From Anaerolineae bacterium (GTDB lineage: Bacteria; Desulfobacterota; Desulfobacteria; Desulfobacterales; ETH-SRB1): a stretch of DNA of 64,000 nt. Of this stretch, positions 57,154-64,000 are shown piece after piece (the first letter of the stretch is position 1; every line of letters starts with the position of its first letter). The stretch covers positions 22,955-86,954 of the forward strand of contig DATKWZ010000015.1 in NCBI GenBank assembly GCA_035529315.1, in the 5' to 3' direction. Position numbers and translations under genes: made by a program. Under the pieces are notes generated by a model. That model was not told the DNA's origin. It worked only from the letters and a program-made list of their open reading frames with translations, and did not search any database.

Positions 57154-57668
57154 TGACCGGATATCCTCTTCGGCCAGATAAACAGGCAACGGTGATATCA
57201 GTGGGGGGAGGTGATATGGTGGGAAATGTCGGGACAATGGAGATCAAATGTCTATCTCAAAAAACAGATAATACCCAGATGGGGTGTAATGTGTCGCAAA
57301 GGAGAATGTACAAAAGAAAACCTATGGGGATTACCCTTTTGGGGGGAATCATGCTTGTCAGCGGCATATTTTGTGTTTGTGCGGCTTTTTCCAAAATGCC
57401 GGTCAGATTTATAGGATTGGCACTTTCAGGGTGGCCGGCAATTATGATCCATTTGCTCCATGCCGGAATAAGTATTTATATATTTAATGGATTCTTAAGG
57501 TTAAAGAGACATGCGTGGAGCGTATATATAATATTTCTGGTTCTCGGGGTCGTCAATAATCTTATCGCGATCATATCGTCCGGTTCATTTGATCCGTTGG
57601 CGCCTATTACACTTATGTGTCTGTTCGGATATTATGTATATAGGAAAAGACAGCTCTTTGTTAATTAG
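57153..57668 (+). CDS. Hypothetical membrane protein (~4 TM; start uncertain)
   Basis: Hydrophobic C-terminal 120 aa starting at KRKPMGITLLGG; start overlaps the REC stop (TAATG). Confidence 0.6.
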   Translation: MTGYPLRPDKQATVISVGGGDMVGNVGTMEIKCLSQKTDNTQMGCNVSQRRMYKRKPMGITLLGGIMLVSGIFCVCAAFSKMPVRFIGLALSGWPAIMIHLLHAGISIYIFNGFLRLKRHAWSVYIIFLVLGVVNNLIAIISSGSFDPLAPITLMCLFGYYVYRKRQLFVN

Positions 57669-57841
57669 GACTCAATTCAAAATAGATGGATTGGATCGAC
57701 CAAAGACAGCATGAAGATAAGATGCAGGATGTTTAAGTTACTTTGACTTAAGCCTTTAATCCAGCCTCTTTTTTGAAGCATAAGGGTTTCATTAAGGATA
57801 AAAGTTAAGAAAATATAAACATATAAAGGAGGAAAACAAAA

Positions 57842-59476
57842 ATGGAACATGGAGTAACAGCACCGGTAGAAAAGCACAAACCTTTTTCCGGGAAATGGTG
57901 GAAAGGGGCGCCCGGATTTCAGCCTGGTATCATACTGGGTTTAATCATCTTTTTTGTTACTGTGGCTTATGTGATACCCGTTCCGCAGAGCATGGTAAAC
58001 CTCGTGCAGAAGGATAAAGTGCTGGGCGCCAAGTATAAGTCCGGAACAACCAACTTTGTTGATTCTTTCAACAGTCTTATGAAAAAAAAGGGCGCAGACA
58101 GATACACGCCGGAAGAGGTGGCCTGGAAGCTGAAGTTGTGCGTGGCCATGCTCTTTACCATCGCCTTTCTCTGGGGTACGGAGGCGATCTCCCTGGCATG
58201 TACGGATATCCTGATCGGTCTTGTTCTGTATATCTGGCTTATTCTGCCTATCAATGAGATATCAAAAGCCTACATGAAGGATGCGGTATTTTTTATCCTG
58301 GGCGTGCTTATCCTGGCCGCAGCAGTCGGGGTAACAGGGCTTGACAGGAGGATAGGTAATATTCTCCTGGGTAAGATAAAGGGGCTCAAGGGTTATTGTT
58401 TTATCTTTTTTCCTGTTTTAGCCGTAATTGCGGGCTTTCTTTCAGAACACGCGCTGGTTGCACTTATGTGTCCGATCCTGTGCATGGTATATCTGGCCGG
58501 GGAAAAAGCAGGCTGTAACAAGAAAGAGCTTCATGCCCTTGCCTGCTGCCTGTTTTTGGGGCTGTGTTTTGCCGGAAACGTGGGCGGATCAGGATCGCCT
58601 GCTGTTGGAGGCCGATCAGCTATAATGATCGGTTATTTCTCAACCTATGGCCTGCCCATGGATTTTCTCACATGGATGATGTACGGCCTGCCTGTGGTGC
58701 CGCCTCTTGCTCTTGCCTGCGCCTTCTGGGTATATTTTGCCATGGCCAGAAAGACCGGGCCTGCGCTTAAGATGGACCTGGGTCATATAATGAAAAAGGG
58801 TGTTGAGGGTATGGGGCCTATTAGAGGAAAAGAGCTTACCATGGCCGTTTTGTTTGGAGCACAGGTTGTTTTATGGATGGTTTTTAGCGGGAAGTTCGGC
58901 CTTGGCGGTACGAGCATGTTTATAGTCTTTTGGATCCTGGTCACAGGCCTGATGACATGGGAAGATGTTCAGAAGAGGGTGCGCTTTGATGTTGTAGCAC
59001 TTTATGCCGGAGCGTGCGCCATGGGTGTTGCCCTGAATAATACAGGCGCGGGTGTGTGGCTGGCCCAGACATTTGTAGGAATACTGCCGGAGTATTTCCA
59101 CAAAGGCATGGGTATTGTACTTGCCGCAAGTCTTATCACCACAATTATTACCAACTTCATGAGTGACGGCGCAGCAGTCGGCGCTCTGGGGCCTGTGGTT
59201 CTGCCTATGGCCGCTATCGGCGGTGTGCATCTGTGGAAGGTGGGACTTGCCTGTTCATTCGGGTCTTCTTATGCCCACGGCATGATCGTAGGTACTGTAA
59301 ATAACGCTATAGCTTATGGTATGGCCAAACATCCGGAAACAGGCGAGCAGCTCCTCACCCCGTTTGACTTTATCAAGTACGGAGTGCCGTTTGTTTTCAT
59401 ATCCATACTTATCCTCTGGGTGGTATGCTTTTTCGGGTACTGGCAGCTCCTGCCGTGGCCTGCAATAGCACCATAA
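57842..59476 (+). CDS. SLC13/DASS-family anion transporter
   Basis: FLWGTEAI, AGFLSEHA, GGSGSPAVGGR, TNFMSDGA, GTVNNAIAY. Confidence 0.87.
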   Translation: MEHGVTAPVEKHKPFSGKWWKGAPGFQPGIILGLIIFFVTVAYVIPVPQSMVNLVQKDKVLGAKYKSGTTNFVDSFNSLMKKKGADRYTPEEVAWKLKLCVAMLFTIAFLWGTEAISLACTDILIGLVLYIWLILPINEISKAYMKDAVFFILGVLILAAAVGVTGLDRRIGNILLGKIKGLKGYCFIFFPVLAVIAGFLSEHALVALMCPILCMVYLAGEKAGCNKKELHALACCLFLGLCFAGNVGGSGSPAVGGRSAIMIGYFSTYGLPMDFLTWMMYGLPVVPPLALACAFWVYFAMARKTGPALKMDLGHIMKKGVEGMGPIRGKELTMAVLFGAQVVLWMVFSGKFGLGGTSMFIVFWILVTGLMTWEDVQKRVRFDVVALYAGACAMGVALNNTGAGVWLAQTFVGILPEYFHKGMGIVLAASLITTIITNFMSDGAAVGALGPVVLPMAAIGGVHLWKVGLACSFGSSYAHGMIVGTVNNAIAYGMAKHPETGEQLLTPFDFIKYGVPFVFISILILWVVCFFGYWQLLPWPAIAP

Positions 59477-59493
59477 ACATACTTTGGGGGGCA

Positions 59494-59523
59494 ATAGAGG
59501 CCCTTTGCAAAAAGGGCCTCTAT
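59494..59523 (+). terminator. Strong hairpin after the SLC13 gene (terminator or stabiliser)
   Basis: ATAGAGGCCCTTT-GCAA-AAAGGGCCTCTAT, 13-bp stem, weak U tract. Confidence 0.55.
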
Positions 59524-59561
59524 CTTAATAAAAGAAACATCGACCTTAAACAAGGATTGAG

Positions 59562-60545
59562 ATGTCAGGAAGTATAATAAAAAAAACAGCAGGTGTTATC
59601 CGGTCAAGGCGCAATGCCGGGTATTCCGCGTGGATAGTCCAGTGTCTGACAGGGCTGTGTTTCCTTTTGACGGCGCTTGTTCCCTCCACACTTTATGGTG
59701 CAGGAGGCAGCCTGTATGCGGATGACAGCGCTCACTTTTCTTTGGCCATGCCATCCGGTGTTCAAGAGATTTCGCAGGATTGGCTGGAAAAGAGTTTGTT
59801 TGATCCAAAGCATCTCAAATGGTGTAAGGATGCCGTAGAAAAGTATGACAAGACGTTTGTGTATTTAGATGATACAGCCCAAACAGCAAAAGGCCTTGTT
59901 CTTTTTGGCGTAAGGACATACAAACATGAGAAAAAGCGCTTTAAGGTCTTTACTGATCGCCTTGAAACAGATGATTTTTTTGATCCTGGTGTGATTAAGG
60001 ATTTCATAGCGCAGATAGAAAAAAGACTCGTTGAAAAAGGTGCAAAAGATGTTACCGTAGGCACTCCGGTCCTGAATAAAGATAGAAATGATTTCAGTTT
60101 TACCTGCAACTATCTACTTTTCGGGGAACATGAGGCAAAAGAATTCCACTGGGTGTTTATGGGACGGACTCACCTGGTCTATCTTGATATTAATCTTTAT
60201 GCAGCAGATGACGTAGCCGTATATCAGAGTCTGATTGAAGATATTGCTGCTTCTTTCAAGTTTGAACAAGGCTTTGAAGCAAAGGGTTCATATGTTGATG
60301 CATTTGCAGATAAGATCGAAGCATATAACCTGTTTGGAATCAGTCTCTCTGAACTTGGAAGGTCGATGTTAGCTGTTTCCATGATCATATTTATTTTAAA
60401 TTTTCTTTTAAATCTAATACTTGGCCGTGTCACCAATCCAAGTAAAAAGCCTAATGCAATAACGGAATTTTGTCAAAGAAATAAGATGTGGGCAAGGCTT
60501 GCAACTGTTCCTGTAGGTATATTCTTATACCTGGCACACTGTTAG
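59562..60545 (+). CDS. Hypothetical exported protein with C-terminal membrane anchor
   Basis: Signal-like N-terminus, ~200-aa soluble domain, C-terminal hydrophobic helices; no family recognised. Confidence 0.65.
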   Translation: MSGSIIKKTAGVIRSRRNAGYSAWIVQCLTGLCFLLTALVPSTLYGAGGSLYADDSAHFSLAMPSGVQEISQDWLEKSLFDPKHLKWCKDAVEKYDKTFVYLDDTAQTAKGLVLFGVRTYKHEKKRFKVFTDRLETDDFFDPGVIKDFIAQIEKRLVEKGAKDVTVGTPVLNKDRNDFSFTCNYLLFGEHEAKEFHWVFMGRTHLVYLDINLYAADDVAVYQSLIEDIAASFKFEQGFEAKGSYVDAFADKIEAYNLFGISLSELGRSMLAVSMIIFILNFLLNLILGRVTNPSKKPNAITEFCQRNKMWARLATVPVGIFLYLAHC

Positions 60546-60584
60546 GGACTTTTGCTGAACAGAATATAATAAGGAGGGATAACA

Positions 60585-61040
60585 ATGAAAGAGTTTAGGG
60601 TGTTGGTAGTTGATGATGAGGATGATTTTCGCGAAACATTTATAAAACGTCTTCAAAAGAGAGAACTTAATGTTACCGGTGCGGAAAGCGGGGAAAAGGC
60701 ACTGGAGATTCTGGATAAACTACTTTTTGATGTGGTAATACTGGATGTTAAAATGCCGGGTATGGGCGGTGTGAAAACTCTTCAGGAAATGAAAAGAATA
60801 AGGCCGCTCATGGAGGTGATTATGCTCACCGGCCACTCAACCGTAGAAACGGCCATTGATGGACTGAAATTAGGCGCTTTTGATTACATAATGAAACCCG
60901 CAGATTTTGATGAGTTGCTGGAGAAGATGACACAGGCCTATGAAAAGAAAAAGGCCCATGAAATGAAAATTCAGGAAAGCAGGATCCGTGAGCTGGAAGG
61001 CCATCCCGGACGGGTCTTTGAACAGGTCAAGGAGAAATAG
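60585..61040 (+). CDS. Stand-alone response regulator (REC)
   Basis: VVDDE, ILDVKMP, LTGH, IMKP. Confidence 0.9.
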   Translation: MKEFRVLVVDDEDDFRETFIKRLQKRELNVTGAESGEKALEILDKLLFDVVILDVKMPGMGGVKTLQEMKRIRPLMEVIMLTGHSTVETAIDGLKLGAFDYIMKPADFDELLEKMTQAYEKKKAHEMKIQESRIRELEGHPGRVFEQVKEK

Positions 61041-61115
61041 ACTCCTTACGCTCCAGATATCCTGGCTGCGTTTTTTAAGTTGAGGCAAACACTTCAAAAA
61101 AAACGGAGGGTTATT

Positions 61116-61622
61116 ATGACAAGTAGTGGAGAAAGAAAAGTAAGGGATCTGATGATCCCGCTTGAAGATTACGATAGCATCTCATCGAATAAGTCTGTCA
61201 GGGATGCTTTTGAACTTATGGCTAAAACAGGGCATCACGCGATTCTGGTTCTGGACGAAAACAATGAGCCGATAGGACAACTGTCGCATAGAGACGCTCT
61301 GATGGCGATGGTACCTAAATATACCCCGACTGGGCGTAGCGATTCCTGGTTAACCCCTGAATCATTTAAAAACTATCCTGTCTTTCATTACGATGGTGAG
61401 TTCTCAGGACAATGTAAGGCACAATTGAAAAAAACAGTCAAAGAGGTTATGTCTTCATTTCCGGTTAGCATAGATGAAAGTGCCCCCCTGTCCGAGGCCG
61501 TTCACGCCATGGTGACCGAAAATATAGGCCGGATGCCGGTGGTGTCGGGCGACAAGGTCCTGGGGATGATCAGGCTCATAGAGATCTTTGATGAGATGAA
61601 AAAGGTTGTTTTGGCCCAATAA
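61116..61622 (+). CDS. CBS-pair protein
   Basis: KVRDLMIPL, HAILVLD...IGQL, VKEVMS, RMPVV...VLGMIR; ATG 61116 after GGAGGG. Confidence 0.85.
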   Translation: MTSSGERKVRDLMIPLEDYDSISSNKSVRDAFELMAKTGHHAILVLDENNEPIGQLSHRDALMAMVPKYTPTGRSDSWLTPESFKNYPVFHYDGEFSGQCKAQLKKTVKEVMSSFPVSIDESAPLSEAVHAMVTENIGRMPVVSGDKVLGMIRLIEIFDEMKKVVLAQ

Positions 61623-61638
61623 ATGTTGTGCAAGGACG

Positions 61639-61676
61639 AGGGTCTGTCATGAAATATTACATTCATGACAGACCCT
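61639..61676. terminator. Hairpin between convergent genes (likely bidirectional terminator)
   Basis: AGGGTCTGTCATGAA-N8-TTCATGACAGACCCT, 15-bp stem. Confidence 0.7.
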
Positions 61677-61696
61677 AAGGGCTTGGGGAAAAAGGG

Positions 61697-62119
61697 TTAT
61701 GGAGTATTGGCAACTGTTTTTTCTTTTAGTCGGCGCAGCTCCTTTTTCATCTGTTGCCACTCTAATGCCCTATCAATAGCAATCAATATCTGTTCCTTAC
61801 GAAAGGGCTTGGTGATGCAACCATAGGCGCCTTTACGTATAACCTCTTCTGCCGACTCAACAGAGCCATAAGCAGTGATGATGACTATGGGGATATATTT
61901 ATCTATCTTTCTAATCTCAGCGATGAGTCCCACACCATCCATACTTGGCATCTTGAGATCGGAAATCAGTAGATTATAATCTCCTGTTTTAATCAATTCA
62001 GGCACCTCTAAGGGATTGTTGGTGGTAGTAACTTTGTGCTTGGTCTTTTCCGAAATAATCATAGCAAGAAGCGCAAGCATATCAAGTTCATCGTCAACAA
62101 CCAAAATTTGTGCAGCCAT
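61697..62119 (-). CDS. Stand-alone response regulator (REC)
   Basis: VVDDE, ISDLKMP, ITAY, ITKPF. Confidence 0.9.
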   Translation of the reverse strand: MAAQILVVDDELDMLALLAMIISEKTKHKVTTTNNPLEVPELIKTGDYNLLISDLKMPSMDGVGLIAEIRKIDKYIPIVIITAYGSVESAEEVIRKGAYGCITKPFRKEQILIAIDRALEWQQMKKELRRLKEKTVANTP

Positions 62120-62268
62120 CCTTATCTCCTGTGTACGCAGAGTGCCTGAGTTTTAGTTATATCAGCGGAACGAGCCCTCGGGCCTGATTCAGTCTGGTAT
62201 CAGTGTTTTTTTTCATGATATCACACACTATGCCGTGCTTTTTGTCTATTTTTGTAGATTAATAGAAG

Positions 62269-64000
62269 TTAGGCGTCCGGTTTGGTTTTCTCGTTATAAT
62301 GTTTCTTGATGAATTCCTTGATATACCAGTCTACAACAGCATCATTAAATAGAGTCATATCCAATTGTTTGGTGAATGCGGTCAACCTGGCCATTACACC
62401 CAGTTTTTTCTCAATACTGGTTCTGTCATAATTGGTTACCCTGCCATCCAGTACATCGCCGGTCCTATCAACGTGAAAGTCTATCTTTTCTAAAATCTCC
62501 TTTATGAGCCGAGTCCTTCTGGCACGTCTGTCATGGGATGCCCCGCCACCTTTAAACAAGAAACGGATATAGTTATCATTGATGCGTTCACCTGCATACG
62601 CCTCGATGGTCTGCAGGTGATAACCGAGCCTGACACTGAAGTTCATGTATTCCCTGGATATTACAGCAAAGCTGGGCTCCGACAATGACCTTTCGGAGTT
62701 GGGTTGCATAGTGGTACTGGCAATTACACTGAGCAGGCCTTTTACATTTACAGGTGGGGGGCCCGGCCATTCTATGGCCATCATCCCTTTTAGGAGAGCC
62801 TTCATGGGGATGCAGGCAATATTATCGACTGTAATATTGTCTGAAGCCTTTTCCACACCACCGCCCAGGTCTATCACACGCACATCAAGGGGAAGCTTGA
62901 CTACCAGTTTCACTGCCCCGCCCTTTCTTCGATGTGCACCTTCACCGAGCTTGAACATCTCATTCATCGCCATTTCATGGGCAAACCGGGTTATGTCATG
63001 AAAGGTTTCACAATATTGTGGACTAAACTTCTCATCCTCAGGACAGATAAGGTTCAGAGGGACTATGCTCTGCAAAACAGCTCTTAACATCTCAAAAACA
63101 GCGGTATCCTTAAAAGGGTTATCGCTTTTTCCCGCCTCAATAAGTTGCTCTATACGCCCCTCATAAATAGTTCCATTAATCGCATCAACGGTGATTTCCT
63201 GGCCGACTTTCAAGGTCTTCATGGCTATCTCGGTATTAAGAATGGTGGGCACACCATACTCTCTGGCAATTGCTGCCAGATGGCCTATAGGGCTTCCTAC
63301 ATCCGCAATAATAGCGCCGGCCTTATTCATGGCAGTCACAAATCTTGGAGAGGTGTGTCTGGCTACGAGAACAGCCCCTTCCGGGAAGCTCTTTAATTCT
63401 TCATCGTTGGTGACAAAATATACCTTTCCGGCGCCGACACCCTTGCAGGCAATTTGCCCCTTATTGATCAAAATCTTATGGCCCGGTAAAGATCTGGGAA
63501 CAGGCCTGCTCCGTTTTTCAGCTATAATCCGAAGTGGTCTTGCCTGCAAAATCAGAAGGTTATCATTCAAATCAAGCGCCCACTCTATATCCTGTGGCTT
63601 CCCATAGTGTTTCTCAAGTACCAGGGCATATCCGGCAAGGGTGGTTACTTGTTCATCGGTCAGACACGGCATTCGTCTTATATAATCCGGCACCCTGACA
63701 TCTATTGCGCCCTCTTCAAGGCCGCATATGAGCATAAACGGCTGCGCGGGTTGGTTTTTTTCCAAAATGGGCATGGGAATATCCCTTGAGACTACATAAG
63801 TATGTGGTTTTACTATACCATCAACAACATATTTCCCCAGGCCCCAAACCCCATTGATTATGATCCCCAGCTTGCCTTCATCCGTGGGATCACGCGAGTA
63901 CACAACCCCGCTTGCCTTGGCATCAATCATTTCAACCACTCCAACGGCCATAACCATATTTTCTATGTGGAAGCCTTTACTTCTACAATAGAATATAGCC
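62269..64000 (-). CDS. Second PEP-synthase-like protein, 3' part; start lies beyond the right edge
   Basis: Frame is open to position 64000 (AIFYCRSKGFHIENMVMAV). DIEWAL, LQARP, GSPIGHLAAIAREYGVP; the same non-canonical C-terminus as 38306..40945 (PLNL, TFHDITRFAHE, FLFKGG, TKQLDM). Confidence 0.85.
   Translation of the reverse strand, partial: AIFYCRSKGFHIENMVMAVGVVEMIDAKASGVVYSRDPTDEGKLGIIINGVWGLGKYVVDGIVKPHTYVVSRDIPMPILEKNQPAQPFMLICGLEEGAIDVRVPDYIRRMPCLTDEQVTTLAGYALVLEKHYGKPQDIEWALDLNDNLLILQARPLRIIAEKRSRPVPRSLPGHKILINKGQIACKGVGAGKVYFVTNDEELKSFPEGAVLVARHTSPRFVTAMNKAGAIIADVGSPIGHLAAIAREYGVPTILNTEIAMKTLKVGQEITVDAINGTIYEGRIEQLIEAGKSDNPFKDTAVFEMLRAVLQSIVPLNLICPEDEKFSPQYCETFHDITRFAHEMAMNEMFKLGEGAHRRKGGAVKLVVKLPLDVRVIDLGGGVEKASDNITVDNIACIPMKALLKGMMAIEWPGPPPVNVKGLLSVIASTTMQPNSERSLSEPSFAVISREYMNFSVRLGYHLQTIEAYAGERINDNYIRFLFKGGGASHDRRARRTRLIKEILEKIDFHVDRTGDVLDGRVTNYDRTSIEKKLGVMARLTAFTKQLDMTLFNDAVVDWYIKEFIKKHYNEKTKPDA

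Overview
AT-rich chromosomal segment of a dissimilatory sulfate-reducing deltaproteobacterium (Desulfobacterales-like, inferred from aprBA and overall gene content). 1-24 kb is mostly housekeeping: aprBA (aprA runs off the left edge), three YkgJ/CxxCxxCC-type cysteine-cluster genes around an atypical SDR, dGTPase, a chimeric IS200-tnpA/HNH relic, a radical SAM gene, tRNA-Glu, radA-rlmE-yebC, nadA, lolA, ptsH-ptsI, smpB, csp, purine salvage genes and PPi-PFK. 25-34.5 kb is a complete chemosensory operon (STAS-cheY-cheA-tetraheme cytochrome c-heme c MCP-cheW-cheR-cheD-cheB) ending in a REC-GGDEF diguanylate cyclase; its CheA carries a tandem MshEN-like motif. 38-64 kb is a large sigma54-controlled island: three NtrC-type activators, each near a different palindromic upstream motif and -24/-12 promoter(s); nine receiver proteins but only two histidine kinases; two PEP-synthase-like proteins that keep the ATP-grasp and phospho-His domains but lack the pyruvate-binding barrel; two SLC13/DASS transporters; a TauE exporter with a partner membrane protein; and Usp, CBS and cytidylate-kinase-like proteins. 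Many intergenic gaps hold MITE/REP-like elements and short-period inverted repeat arrays. No CRISPR array, rRNA, integrase or intact transposase was seen. All calls come from motif recognition by eye; no database searches were run.
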